Source: Fastidiosibacter lacustris (GTDB lineage Bacteria; Pseudomonadota; Gammaproteobacteria; Francisellales; Francisellaceae). Taken from it: 32,000 nt of DNA. Where the stretch lies: contig NZ_QLIR01000014.1 in the NCBI RefSeq assembly GCF_003428155.1, positions 1-32,000 of the forward strand, given 5' to 3'. The notes below the pieces were generated by a model that was given only the letters and a program-made list of their open reading frames with translations, had not been told where the DNA came from and did no database searches. Shown piece after piece: positions 1-11,087 of this stretch (positions are counted from its first letter, which is position 1; each line of letters starts with the position of its first letter). Made by a program: the position numbers and the translations under genes.

Positions 1-333
1 AGTTTGCAACAGAACGAGATTTGCTAAGTGTCAAGAAGCAATATAGTTTTCAGACTATCTGTCCTAAATTTTACGTTAAACTTGTTTATTATAATTTGAC
101 CAACATAATATCAAGAAAGATAAAATAGAGAACATTTACGTGCCAAAGTCTATTTTTTTAGATTATTCCATCGAAGTTCAAAATCAAAACGTAAAAGAAT
201 TATCAGAGGTACTTTGCTTTGACTTTAGATTTTTTTAAATATAGAGATGAACATAAAAATTTAAAAAATATAAAAGTGGTGACTAAAATTCACGATTGAA
301 GCAGAAATATGAGAGAACAAGTTGAGAACACAA

Positions 334-3075
334 ATGAAAAATAGTAACAAAAAAATATTAGTTTTAACTGTGCTTGGCTTTTTGTATAACGGTACATATG
401 CTACATGCACTTTAAAAGAAATCAGCGGAGATTGGACGAAGACCTTAAGTTTTAGCTGTGATGAAGATATTGATCTGACACAACGAGCCATTGAGTTTAC
501 AATAGACCAAGGGAAAATAAATGCGGTTTGGGATCTCAGGGACAATACAGCTAAAAAGGAATTATCTGCACCAGTGACTATATCTCAAGATGAACGAAAT
601 ATTAAGGTTCAGTATGGACAATATTGGTGGCCAGAAGAGGATGTAATATTACCTAAAGGTCATCTGGCAAGTTTTACTTTTTCATCTACAGAAAATAACT
701 TAAATATTACTGAGTTCCACGTTCAGTCCTCACAACCAGAAGAAACAAGTCTGTTATTATTTGAGCAAGCAAACGATAGTCACACACTACCCAATGACAC
801 TGTAATTGAGCTTATGGAAAATGGGGTAATTGCGTATAGGGTTACTTGGAAATCAGTAAAAACACAAGGTTTAAACGTAACTCCCGGGAGATATAGCATT
901 AGCGCATATGTTAAAAAGGATGATATACAGCAACCAGTTGCTATTGTTTCAGCCAATCCTGTGACAGCAGTTAAAAATAAATCGCAAATCGTGACGTTAA
1001 AGTATCAATTGCAAGATTCACAGTTAAAATTCAGCTTGTTGCATGAAAAACCACAAGGAATCAGTAACAACGTTGTTTCCGTGACAATAGAGGATAAAAA
1101 TAGTGTAAGTGATAGCCAAACCTTAGATGTCCCTTGGGGTGCAGATAAGACGATTACATTGGCAAAAGATAAAACCTATCGGTTTAGTACAGAAGATATA
1201 ACTGGCTCTATGAGCGTTTACCACTTTACATTTTCTCCAACTGAAGTAACTCTTGAAAATCCAAGCACCATTTACTCTGTGAGCATGAACGTTACAGAAA
1301 CACCGATTATCACTTACCCTGTTTTTTATACAATCTCAGGATTACCAACAGGTAGCAAAACAACGTTGACATTAAGTCAGGCAGGCAAGGTAATTGATAA
1401 ACAAGAGATTGAAGATACGCATGGTGAAGAACTAAAAGTGAATTTGCCAGTGGGTAGTTATGAAGTGGATGCTGCAAGTATCACGATAGGTGACTATCAA
1501 TATAGCTTAAAACCGCAAACAGTAGTGATTCAGAATTGTCAAAGTTGTAATCACTTTGTCTTGCAATTTGATAAAAATGAAGCTCATCCATCTGTAAAGG
1601 GCTGGCCAAATTATATTGCTATGGGAGCTGTGACGGATGCCAATTTCCTAAATCCAACACAGTTTAGAGATCGACCTGTAGATGCAATTTTTAAATATGC
1701 AGGTGATGGCGGAAATGGTGACCCTGGTATGATTATTTATCCAATTTACACTCAAAACACCTATAAACTTGCGCAGGTGGTTACAGAGCAAAATAAGCGT
1801 GTAACTCGTCCTGTTATGGTGATTTATACTGCCGAAATGAGCGGGGGCACAAGTTTTAAAGATTTTGATAATAGTAAAAGTGAAGATGAGCTACAAAACC
1901 TGATTTTAACAAAGCATTTTATTAACTTAATGTTGGAAGCACAGACCATTCAAGCTGAAGGAAAGAAGTATGATCTGCCAGGATCAATTATATTAAACCC
2001 TGATCTTATGGGGATGATCCAGCAAATGTCTTTATATAAGGACTTGCTTGATCCAAATTCACCAACTTTTATAGATGTCAAAAACGCATTGCAGCAGGCT
2101 TATTGGTTCGTTACAACTGCGCATAATTGGACAATTATGTTGAATAACGGTAAGACACTGAATATTAACAACAAAACACCTGAAGGTTTTTTTCAAATTG
2201 CTGAAAATGGATCTCTTAAACCAGACGTTTATAGCCCATGGGACGTTAAAAAACCATGGGAAGAGAATGCTATTGAAATATTAAAAGATTATAAAGGTCA
2301 AACGGCGCAATTGCCAAACTTCAGCGATGACTTTAAAGGTTGGATCCAGGCTAGTAACTGGGTGATCAAAAACTTTGCTCCAGATATTAGCTTTGGGTGG
2401 CAAGAAAATGTCTGGAATGTGATAGGTGCAAATTGGTTGCATAAGGATTTAACAGAACAACAAGTAGAGGAAGTTATCAGTAATTCAACGATTAAATTGT
2501 GGCAGGATGCTGGCTTGTATACCGGAGCTTACAAACCAGATTTTTTGGTATTTGATAAATACGAGCGTAATCCAATACCAGGTGAAGTAGGTGCAGGATT
2601 TGTTTGGAATAGCCGTGACTGGAATAATTATCTAACTTATGTCAAACAATTATCAGAAGGTTTGGGTAAAGTGCCTGTAATGTTATGGCAATTGCCAGGA
2701 GGGCATTTACAGACGACAGAGGAGCTTGATCAAGGTACCCATGGGGCAACAGCGCCTGATTACTTCTTGGGTAATCCTGTGGTTAAAAAAGACTTAAGTA
2801 ATCTACAAAGCTATATCAAAAATATTACTCTGCAAAAAGAGATTTATGATTGTGAACCAGCATGTCAATTGCCACAGTATTTATTGAGTAATGGTCAGAT
2901 GATCAGCAATTATGATTGGTCGCGCGACAACATGGATAAAGCGCAACAAAGCCATGTATTTGCTATCCTATGGGGTGGCGGTAGTACCACTAGTGTCGGG
3001 ACTTTCCCCATGGATGATGGTGGCTGGCTTGCCACTCAGATCAAACGATATTACAATAACCCACAACCGGTATGA
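334..3075 (+). CDS. large secreted protein (signal peptide, beta-rich N-terminal half, C-terminal ~490-aa domain possibly of TIM-barrel glycoside-hydrolase type)
   Basis: 917-aa track ORF starts at TTG 322. ATG 334 gives MKNSNKKILVLTVLGFLYNGTYA, a classic signal peptide. The C-terminal half has strand/acidic motifs (VMVIYTAEMSGG, ISFGWQENVWN, DFLVFDKYERNP, VMLWQLPGGH, FAILWGGG) suggestive of a barrel hydrolase. No canonical GH18 DxxDxDxE motif is seen, so the function is unresolved. Confidence 0.6.
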   Translation: MKNSNKKILVLTVLGFLYNGTYATCTLKEISGDWTKTLSFSCDEDIDLTQRAIEFTIDQGKINAVWDLRDNTAKKELSAPVTISQDERNIKVQYGQYWWPEEDVILPKGHLASFTFSSTENNLNITEFHVQSSQPEETSLLLFEQANDSHTLPNDTVIELMENGVIAYRVTWKSVKTQGLNVTPGRYSISAYVKKDDIQQPVAIVSANPVTAVKNKSQIVTLKYQLQDSQLKFSLLHEKPQGISNNVVSVTIEDKNSVSDSQTLDVPWGADKTITLAKDKTYRFSTEDITGSMSVYHFTFSPTEVTLENPSTIYSVSMNVTETPIITYPVFYTISGLPTGSKTTLTLSQAGKVIDKQEIEDTHGEELKVNLPVGSYEVDAASITIGDYQYSLKPQTVVIQNCQSCNHFVLQFDKNEAHPSVKGWPNYIAMGAVTDANFLNPTQFRDRPVDAIFKYAGDGGNGDPGMIIYPIYTQNTYKLAQVVTEQNKRVTRPVMVIYTAEMSGGTSFKDFDNSKSEDELQNLILTKHFINLMLEAQTIQAEGKKYDLPGSIILNPDLMGMIQQMSLYKDLLDPNSPTFIDVKNALQQAYWFVTTAHNWTIMLNNGKTLNINNKTPEGFFQIAENGSLKPDVYSPWDVKKPWEENAIEILKDYKGQTAQLPNFSDDFKGWIQASNWVIKNFAPDISFGWQENVWNVIGANWLHKDLTEQQVEEVISNSTIKLWQDAGLYTGAYKPDFLVFDKYERNPIPGEVGAGFVWNSRDWNNYLTYVKQLSEGLGKVPVMLWQLPGGHLQTTEELDQGTHGATAPDYFLGNPVVKKDLSNLQSYIKNITLQKEIYDCEPACQLPQYLLSNGQMISNYDWSRDNMDKAQQSHVFAILWGGGSTTSVGTFPMDDGGWLATQIKRYYNNPQPV

Positions 3076-3311
3076 AACTTGTAAAATCGTTATTTTAACC
3101 ATGAATTCTGGGTGAATTATTTATTGGGATGAAGTTAAAAGAATTTAAACCATCTCTATAAATTAGACGATTTATAATTGCAATCGATAGTATCTATCGT
3201 TACAGCTAAAACGCCTAATTTTCTAAACTATCCTGGTTAAATATCTGTCGTAACGAGTACGTATAGCCTGCAAAATTTTTGAAACGGTAGCAAAAATAAA
3301 ATAGAGTATTT

Positions 3312-5163
3312 TCACCTGCCTACAGTGTTGTCAGTCAAAACCACCTGAAAATAAAAATCCTGAGTTGGAAGTTTCACGTGACTTAATTTTATTTTGATGG
3401 TTTCATCTAATTCTACCGACTCCACTAATGTGAGTTTTTTGATTAGCGATAATGCGGGAATAAATATGGTGACACGATTCCCTTGTTGTTTTTCGATCAC
3501 GATTGCCGCACCCTCCCAGCCACAATGTTGCATAAGGTAAACGCATTTCCAATGATTGTTACTAAACATTTCTGATTGACGTGCAGCCTTGATGCCAGAT
3601 TCACTTTCACCAATACGCACCAAAATCTCTTCCTCTGAAAACAGTGTTTCACCTTTTAGAAAGCGGCGAAGTTGCTGATGAACAACCAGATCTAAATAAC
3701 GCCTTAATGGGCTTGTAGCTTGAACGTAAGCAGATAATCCCATTCCTGCGTGACGATCAGCGACACTCTTATATTGACCTTTTTGTAGGCGTCTTCTTAT
3801 GGCAAACATCTCGGATAACTTAACAGGCATTTGCTCTTCTGGAGTTAAATCATGCTCTGGCTGAGTTGAAAATGGTAATGGAATATTATGCATATCAGCA
3901 AATTTCGCTATAGCAACACCTGCCATAAGCATCGCATCACGCACGATATTACGACTTTTTAATATTTCAAGTTCCCTAATCTCAACTTTATATTCTCTCA
4001 ACTGTAGTTTGACTTCAGGAAACTGTAGATCAACAGCGCCATGCTGATGACGATATTGATTGAAGGCTTTAGAAGCTTCAACAAAATATTGAAATGGTTT
4101 TTCTGTTAGTCTTGCTTCAGCTGCTGTATAACTTAGACGCTTGACCTTGATAGTCGATAATACCACTTCAATATCTTGAATTTCGCCATCTAACACTCTA
4201 AATCCAACAGAAAGCGCAGGTGAAAGTGGGTGTAACCCTAGTGCCAAGTTATGTGTTACTTGATGTGGTAGCATTGGTACAATCTTTTCTGGCAAATATA
4301 GATTAGTACCTCTGGCACGCGCTTCAATATCTATTTTACCATCGGGAGTGATTATTGCCGCAGGATCTGCAACGTGCACCCAAAACTTTTGATTGGTTTC
4401 ATCAAAACTGATTGCATCATCTGGGTCATGGCTATCTTCATCATCAATAGCATAACTTTCCATATGGGTTAAATCTACTCTTGTTTCATCTTGAAGCTTA
4501 GGTAAATCAAACTTTGGCTCATCTAAACTTATGCCCATTCTGATTGGATATGGATTAAAAAACTCATTCCAATAATTTATTTCCAGTAATAATAGATGTG
4601 CATTTTGTTGATTTTCTTCTTTGTCTAAGAATTTAAAAAAACCGACAACTTAAACTTTGCCCTAGGGCAAAACTCACAATCTCTTTAAGGAAGGGTTCAT
4701 CTTGAGTGAGATAGGTCTTCTGTTTTAACCGAGTGATAAAACTCTCTAAGGCTTGCGCTTTTTGTTTTTTCTTTTCTGCTTCTTTGATAATAGCAGCTAT
4801 CGTTTCTTCATTATTGACAACGATTTCACCAGATTCTTCAGCAAAATGGACATTCTTTTGCACATGTTGCCATGTGGCATAAGCCGTAGCAGGTGTATAC
4901 TCACCATAAATTAATTCGCTTAATTCTGGATAGCTTGTTTTTTCACCTTGTAATAAATTCCAGGCTTCAATTAACTCACCATCTCCTAATTCATCTGCAA
5001 GTACATCAAACTTCTTAAAACCACCATCATGTAGCAATAATAAATTTTTTTCGGGCAATTTTATGGTTTTTTCATTTTCTAACTGAATTTCGACTTTCTT
5101 ATCTTGAAAACCAATCACTCTCGCTGGGTGATTTTTAAAAATTACTAAACTATCTATTTGCAT
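3312..5163 (-). pseudogene. RNB-domain 3'-5' exoribonuclease (RNase II/R family) split into 176-aa and 408-aa ORFs by a 1-nt frameshift
   Basis: The 408-aa ORF carries RNB motifs (HDPDDAIS; HAGMGLSAYVQATSPLRRYLDLVVHQQL). The 176-aa ORF is the matching N-terminal part. The two frames differ by one nt. Removing one A from the A7 run at 4635-4641 gives an uninterrupted 616-codon frame (...SCRFFKFLDKEENQQNAHLLLLEINYWNEFFNPYPIRMGISLDE...). Confidence 0.7.
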
Positions 5164-5338
5164 TCTTAACTACATATCAGCTTGATGGATTAGGGCTATG
5201 GTATCAAAAAAGCGAATAAACAGGGATGATTGTTACTGATTTTTTTGGTTTAGAAAAAATCCCCAATCAGAATCGATAATTATACGATAAGGGCCCCAGG
5301 AAATTAAGCCTTCTCAGGATAGCTCTACAAGACTAAAA

Positions 5339-6556
5339 TTAGCGAATAATATCATGACTTTCATTGGCAAAAATAGCACGTGCATGTAGCAAATATAGGA
5401 TGATCGCCAGCACTGACAAAAGCAAAGCAAAGCTTAGCCATATCCAGAATATATTGGCACTTGATATAAAGGGGATAACGACAAATAAGGCAATGCCGCC
5501 TGTACATTTACCAATCAGATCAATAATGCTGATCCCTGTTGAGTGATATTGCTTATCGATGTTGCGTGCCACCAGAACGTTCACCAAATTAGTGGCATTG
5601 GATAGAAGACCGTTAAAGCTAGCATATAAAAATATAACAATAACAATCAAAGCAGTGCTGGAAGAGAAAAACAGTAATAAATACAAGGATGAGCTTGCTA
5701 AAAGGAGGCTAAGCACAATGGAGGGGATTAATGGTAGTTTTGTATAAATATATTTGCGAAATAGTATGGAATATAGATATTGTCCACATAAAGTAAATGA
5801 AAAAATAAGTGCCAAAACTAGAGGTTGTACTAAACCTGTATGGACAAAAAATGGCTGCCAATATTGATAAATAAACTGCATCATTCCTATACTAACGACC
5901 CCTGAGATGAGGAAAACTTTGCCTATATTACTGACTAAAAGATAACGAAATGCTGATACAAATATCATACGCGATGGTAATGGCTTTTCTTTATTTTCAG
6001 GCGCTCCAGCCTTCTCTTCAGGAAGTATGCAATAGAAAAGCGTCACTAAAATAAGACAAATAACGGTAATGATAAATACATAGGTTGATATCAGCGCACC
6101 AATGATGGAGGCAGTAGTAATAGATAAAAACACCATTTCAGAAGAGCGAATGATGTTGTTCATAAAGCGATAATCATGGCGCTTACTATTTAAATGCAGT
6201 AACCAAGCTTCATAACTGCCAGCATAGAACGCTAGTCCCATTCCATTAAAAATTTCACCTAAAATTACTTTATTAGAGGTTGGTTCTATTAGTAAGCTAA
6301 AATACATAATTTGGCACAAACACGCTATAATTAAAGCCTTTTTTCGACCATACCTATCGGCAACCATACCAGCAGGAATAGTGACAATGGTCGAAGTAAT
6401 TAATTGTAAAGCCTTGGCTAAAGTAAACGCTTGTAGGGATACGCCATGCGCTAGAATGACTACAACGATAATCGCACCTGGTAAGGTGCGTGAAAAATTG
6501 AAGAGAGCATTATTGATGAGTAATGCAGGAAGTGTTTTTTTATCTAACACAGTCAT
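5339..6556 (-). CDS. MFS-family transporter
   Basis: 405-aa polytopic hydrophobic protein. It has the MFS loop 2-3 signature (GMVADRYGRKKALII) and about 12 predicted TM segments. Confidence 0.75.
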   Translation of the reverse strand: MTVLDKKTLPALLINNALFNFSRTLPGAIIVVVILAHGVSLQAFTLAKALQLITSTIVTIPAGMVADRYGRKKALIIACLCQIMYFSLLIEPTSNKVILGEIFNGMGLAFYAGSYEAWLLHLNSKRHDYRFMNNIIRSSEMVFLSITTASIIGALISTYVFIITVICLILVTLFYCILPEEKAGAPENKEKPLPSRMIFVSAFRYLLVSNIGKVFLISGVVSIGMMQFIYQYWQPFFVHTGLVQPLVLALIFSFTLCGQYLYSILFRKYIYTKLPLIPSIVLSLLLASSSLYLLLFFSSSTALIVIVIFLYASFNGLLSNATNLVNVLVARNIDKQYHSTGISIIDLIGKCTGGIALFVVIPFISSANIFWIWLSFALLLSVLAIILYLLHARAIFANESHDIIR

Positions 6557-6858
6557 TTAACATCCCACACAATGTTTGCCATATGTCTATGAGCTTATCC
6601 GAGAAGCCATATAATTTATATTCTATAATACACATGGTTCATCACTATAATATCTGTAATTTGAATATGTTACACACTTTTGGAATATCAACAAATGTTA
6701 TTCATAAGCTTTATGTTGTCAGTCAAAAAAGCATATATAAGGAAGATGCTTGTTGATAAGTTTTTTTATATACTCATATTAAATATTGAAATTTCTTAGA
6801 GCTTGTCGCAAGCATAGCAACGGTAAGAGGCTCTAGCTATCACAAATTAAGGGTCAAA

Positions 6859-7629
6859 ATGTCACAATCAAAACCAATTGTTTTAATTACTGGAGCAAGT
6901 GCAGGCTTTGGCGCAGCTATGGCAAAAAAATACAATGCCAATGGTCACCCAGTCATTTTAACCGCACGACGCTTTGACAGACTTAAGAAGTTAACACAAG
7001 AGCTAGATTCAAACTTTCCTATTCACATCGCTCAATTAGATGTTACGCAGAAGAATGATATTGAGCAGTTTATCAAAGCTTTACCTATGACGATGCGGAA
7101 CATTGGGATTTTGATTAATAACGCAGGACTTGCTCTTGGTCTTTCAAGCTTTCAAAATGCTGATGAGCTTGATTTTGAAACGATGATCAACACCAATATT
7201 AAAGGGCTCATCTATATGACTAAACGCATTTTGCCATTTATGCTTAATAATAACATGGGTCATATTGTCAATATTGGCTCTATCGCTGCAAACTGGCCTT
7301 ATCCTGGCGGTCATGTATACTGTGCAACCAAAGCTTTCGTCCAACAATTTTCACGCACACTTCGTTGTGATTTACAAGGTAAAAACATTCGCGTAAGTGA
7401 AATTGAACCAGGTATGTCACAAACCGAATTTTCTTTGGTGCGCTTTAAGGGTGACGAAGTCAAAGCAAATGAAGTTTACGCAGGAAACTCACCACTTATT
7501 GCTGAAGATATTGCAAACATTGTTTACTTTACCACGACTCTACCACCACATATCAATATCAACACGTTAGAGGTCATGCCAACTTGCCAAAGCTGGGCAC
7601 CATTAAGTATCGTCAGTCAATCACTTTAA
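6859..7629 (+). CDS. ydfG: NADP-dependent short-chain dehydrogenase/reductase, YdfG-like
   Basis: TGASAGFG cofactor motif, NNAG, catalytic YCATK, and near-colinear similarity to my recollection of E. coli YdfG (LDV..., INTLEVMP C-terminus). Confidence 0.8.
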   Translation: MSQSKPIVLITGASAGFGAAMAKKYNANGHPVILTARRFDRLKKLTQELDSNFPIHIAQLDVTQKNDIEQFIKALPMTMRNIGILINNAGLALGLSSFQNADELDFETMINTNIKGLIYMTKRILPFMLNNNMGHIVNIGSIAANWPYPGGHVYCATKAFVQQFSRTLRCDLQGKNIRVSEIEPGMSQTEFSLVRFKGDEVKANEVYAGNSPLIAEDIANIVYFTTTLPPHININTLEVMPTCQSWAPLSIVSQSL

Positions 7630-7640
7630 AGGAGGCTAAT

Positions 7641-8525
7641 ATGTGGAGCATTTTGTCACTTATTGTGGCACAGATGGTAACTGGGATAAATATTACAGGT
7701 TCTAAGTTTCTAGTGGCAAACCTACCTATTGTCGTGCTACTGGAAATTCGATTTGTTGTTGGTAGCCTAGTGTTGATGCTGTGTATGCCTTTTTTGCAAC
7801 AAAAAAATAATCCACAAGATAAAATTTGCACTTTAGCCAAAAAGGATTGGTTTATTTTGATCATGCAAGCACTTTGTGCTGGAATGTTTTTTAACCTTCT
7901 TATGCTTTCTGGCATTCAGTTTACCACGGCTAGTATGGCAGGGCTTATTACTAGCACACTGCCAGCAATGATTATTATTCTATCATTCTTTATTTTTAAA
8001 CAACGCATCACGCGTTTAAAAGCACTATGCATCATATTTGCTACCATTGGTTTAATTGCGATTAATGGCACAAATATCACGGCTAATGATTTCTCATCGT
8101 TATCGCTTATCGGTGACGGGATTATTTTGATCGCGATGCTTCCTGAAGCGTTATACTATGTGATCAGCAAATTCAAAAGTACAGAGCTATCTGCTGTAAA
8201 ATCAGCATTTTTAATGAATATTATTAATGCCATTGCCATGGTCCCATTTTTGTTTTTTACCAATTGGTATGAATTAGTGGTACTTAGTTACATTGCTTAT
8301 TTTGTATTGCTTTTAGTTTCTATCTCTTCAGCGCTGTTTTATTTGTTTTGGTTTATGGGATGTAATCAAGTCAGCGCGAGCACAGCTGGACTCGTTACAG
8401 CAGCAATGCCAATTTCAACCCTGCTACTATCATTTATTTTTTTAGACGAAAAAATTACTCTCATTCAAGGCGTTGGAACGTTGCTTATCCTTACCTCTAT
8501 CATGCTTGGGGCAAGGAAAGGTTAA
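7641..8525 (+). CDS. DMT/EamA-family transporter
   Basis: About 10 TM segments arranged as two EamA-like halves. The track ORF starts at 7584, but ATG 7641 is preceded by AAGGAGG (7628-7634), so it is the likelier start. Confidence 0.75.
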   Translation: MWSILSLIVAQMVTGINITGSKFLVANLPIVVLLEIRFVVGSLVLMLCMPFLQQKNNPQDKICTLAKKDWFILIMQALCAGMFFNLLMLSGIQFTTASMAGLITSTLPAMIIILSFFIFKQRITRLKALCIIFATIGLIAINGTNITANDFSSLSLIGDGIILIAMLPEALYYVISKFKSTELSAVKSAFLMNIINAIAMVPFLFFTNWYELVVLSYIAYFVLLLVSISSALFYLFWFMGCNQVSASTAGLVTAAMPISTLLLSFIFLDEKITLIQGVGTLLILTSIMLGARKG

Positions 8526-9931
8526 CCGTGTTTAATAAACCTTCTAACACAAAAACATAACATGCTGCCGATTACCGTCAGTGCAATGAATAATAGTAGA
8601 CCTAAAGCCATACTTGATTTGACTGACTCAGTATCCCCGGCAATAGTTACACACTGTGAAATAGCACCCGCCAGTTTGCCACCAATGCCAAGTGTTACCA
8701 ACCATATGCCCATGTAGAGTGACACGTAATTCGGTGGCGCTAATTTAGTAATAAGCGATAAACCAATTGCAGAAAGCGATAGCTCACTAATTGCCATCAC
8801 TAAAAATGCAATGATCATATAAGTTGCAGCCATACTACTATCTATTGGTGTAAGTTTGATGCCAATCCAAATAATTAAAAAGACCAACGCTAATGTCATA
8901 AAGCCAAAGTTAAATTTATCGATATCATGTATCGGTTTGCCTTTGTGATCAAAGTAGAGCCATATTTTCCCCATGAAAAAGCCAAAAATAAGCACTCCAG
9001 CTGCCTCAAAACTTAAAAACTGAGAAGTTAATATATTCCAGCCCAGAAAATGTGAATTTACGCCTTGCGAGATAAATAACAATATCGAAATAAATATTTG
9101 AAAAAACAGCGCCCAGTATAAAATGGAAAGCACAAAAAACACTAACAACACGATTACATTACGCCAATATTTTTTTTGTGCCGAAAATGTCATAATCACC
9201 AAACATCCGATTGCTGCAACAATAATTGCTACATTTGCAATAATGGGATTTTTTAAAATAATGAACACCATCACAAAATATCCGACCAAAATAACAGTTG
9301 TTTTAGCAATAATAGTTAAGTTTATTCTGACTTCTTTTATGTGTTTAACCAACAAGAAAAAACCAATAATCAGATTTATTAGCACCAAAATCGAAACAAT
9401 TAAACTTGAATAAAACGGTGCTGCAAATCCATACGTGTCATTCAAATATGAAGCGATAAATAGCGCAGCAAAACCACCTGCATTAATACCAATGTAGAAG
9501 ATATTAAATCCAAAATCACGCTGCCCTTCAGTGGCGCCTGTATGATCATAAAAGCGTCCAATAAAAGAGCTAATATTCGACTTGATTAATCCCGTACTAA
9601 TTGAGATAAATGCAAGTCCAACAAATAGTAGATTTTCAGAACTTGCAATAGCAAGTATACAACTACCTGTAATCATGAATCCAACACCGAGTATTGCTGA
9701 GCGATAATAACTAATCAGTTTGTCAGCAATGTAGCCTCCCACTAAAGCAGAAATATATACCATGCTTAATACTGTTCCAACTAAAGAGGCGCTTGCTGCC
9801 TGTGGAAGATTAAATTTTTGGATTAAAAAGAAGATTAATAGTGATTGAATAACGTAGTAACTGTAGCGCTCTCCAAATTCAGTAAGGCTTGTGATGGTTA
9901 AAACGCTGGTTTGTCCTTTTAAAGTTTTCAT
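8522..9931 (-). CDS. POT/PTR2-family di-/tripeptide:proton symporter
   Basis: 469-aa polytopic protein with the PTR2 N-terminal signature (FGERYSYYVIQSLLIFFL) and GGYIADK motif. Confidence 0.8.
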   Translation of the reverse strand: MKTLKGQTSVLTITSLTEFGERYSYYVIQSLLIFFLIQKFNLPQAASASLVGTVLSMVYISALVGGYIADKLISYYRSAILGVGFMITGSCILAIASSENLLFVGLAFISISTGLIKSNISSFIGRFYDHTGATEGQRDFGFNIFYIGINAGGFAALFIASYLNDTYGFAAPFYSSLIVSILVLINLIIGFFLLVKHIKEVRINLTIIAKTTVILVGYFVMVFIILKNPIIANVAIIVAAIGCLVIMTFSAQKKYWRNVIVLLVFFVLSILYWALFFQIFISILLFISQGVNSHFLGWNILTSQFLSFEAAGVLIFGFFMGKIWLYFDHKGKPIHDIDKFNFGFMTLALVFLIIWIGIKLTPIDSSMAATYMIIAFLVMAISELSLSAIGLSLITKLAPPNYVSLYMGIWLVTLGIGGKLAGAISQCVTIAGDTESVKSSMALGLLLFIALTVIGSMLCFCVRRFIKHG

Positions 9932-10281
9932 TCAGTTTTCGACTAAATTTAAATTGCTTAAGCGTAGATTCGATAATAAAAGTATCGAAAAATCAAGAAA
10001 AAGTTTACTCTAAACGTAACTGCTCAGAAAATAATTCCCATCCCTTTTAAATAATTTGTTGTTAAATACTGTGTAAATTCAAATTCTCGTTACACATTTA
10101 GTAACAAATAAGTATGGTTACTTTTAAATCTTATTATGTTCTAATCTGAGCAAAATAGTGATTTTTTAGCAGCTTTCACTTAATTCAAGTTAAATTTAAC
10201 ACGTTAATTAATACAACTTGAAATTCAGATTAGACAATGGCACAGTGATAACTGTGTTTTGTAACCCTTTAGGATAATGAT

Positions 10282-11037
10282 ATGATTCTACGACAAATTA
10301 TCGAATCCAAGGATAAAGAACTTTTATCTCTTCCAACTATCGACTCAAAGTACTTAGCTAAATCCAATAATAATTTTTTAACAGCTATCCATAAGGCGAA
10401 AGTTGCAATTATTGCGGAACTTAAAGCACGGTCCCCTTCAGAAGGGATAATTGACCCACACTATGATCTGATTAAGATTGCGACAGAATATGAACAAGGT
10501 GGTGCTTGTGCACTTTCTATTTTAACCGATAAGCCATTTTTTGGTGGGAGCTTTGAGGATATTCAAAGAGTAAGGCAAGTTACAAGTTTACCTATATTGT
10601 GTAAAGAGTTTATTATAGATGAAAAGCAGGTATATCATGCGCGTAAAAGTGGGGCTGATGCGTGTTTGTTAATCGTTCGTTGTTTAACAGCAGATAAACT
10701 AAAATTACTCATTGAATGTGTTGAATCTTTAAATATGACAGCACTTGTTGAAGTTTTTGATGAGCAAGAAACAAAAATGGCGCTTAACTGTGGGGCAACA
10801 CTTATCGGTGTTAATAATCGTGATCTTGATAGTCTTGAGATGGATATGAACAACATTGCACGCTTAGCAAAAATCATACCTAACTATGTTACCCTATTGA
10901 GTCTATCAGGTGTTAAAACAGCAGAAGACTTATATTATTATGCGACAACCTATGATGGAGTACTTGCAGGCACGTTACTGATGAAAGCAAATGATAAGGT
11001 AGCGCTGTTACGTAGCGCTATTTATACACGTCCATAA
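10282..11037 (+). CDS. trpC: indole-3-glycerol-phosphate synthase
   Basis: Motifs AELKARSPSEG, LSILTD, PILCKEFIID, ADACLLIV and GVNNRDL match the TrpC (IGPS) family. Confidence 0.85.
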   Translation: MILRQIIESKDKELLSLPTIDSKYLAKSNNNFLTAIHKAKVAIIAELKARSPSEGIIDPHYDLIKIATEYEQGGACALSILTDKPFFGGSFEDIQRVRQVTSLPILCKEFIIDEKQVYHARKSGADACLLIVRCLTADKLKLLIECVESLNMTALVEVFDEQETKMALNCGATLIGVNNRDLDSLEMDMNNIARLAKIIPNYVTLLSLSGVKTAEDLYYYATTYDGVLAGTLLMKANDKVALLRSAIYTRP

Positions 11038-11087
11038 AATGGTTAAGTTTAGTGCAAAAAGATAAAATAAAAAGGGAAAGGAAAGAT

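Noticed and set aside
322-3075. Calling the 917-aa secreted protein a GH18 chitinase
   Set aside because: The nearest candidate (DFLVFDKYE) does not fit the DxxDxDxE spacing, so only a generic hydrolase-like suggestion is retained.
4633-4641. Asserting programmed +1 frameshifting in the RNase II gene
   Set aside because: The UUU-UAA context is compatible with it. However, no stimulatory upstream SD-like element was identified, and a homopolymer sequencing or assembly error or a simple pseudogene is at least as likely. It is kept only as an alternative in the finding.
6523-6756. 77-aa ORF in the MFS/ydfG divergent intergenic region
   Set aside because: It overlaps the MFS start and has no RBS. 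Its His/Asn/Ile-rich composition is consistent with AT-rich promoter DNA.
10241-10260. Small hairpin CACAG-tgataa-CTGTG plus TTTT just upstream of trpC as a trp attenuator
   Set aside because: The stem is only 5 bp. The overlapping mini-ORF (ATG GCA CAG TGA) has no Trp codons, and no alternative antiterminator pairing is evident.
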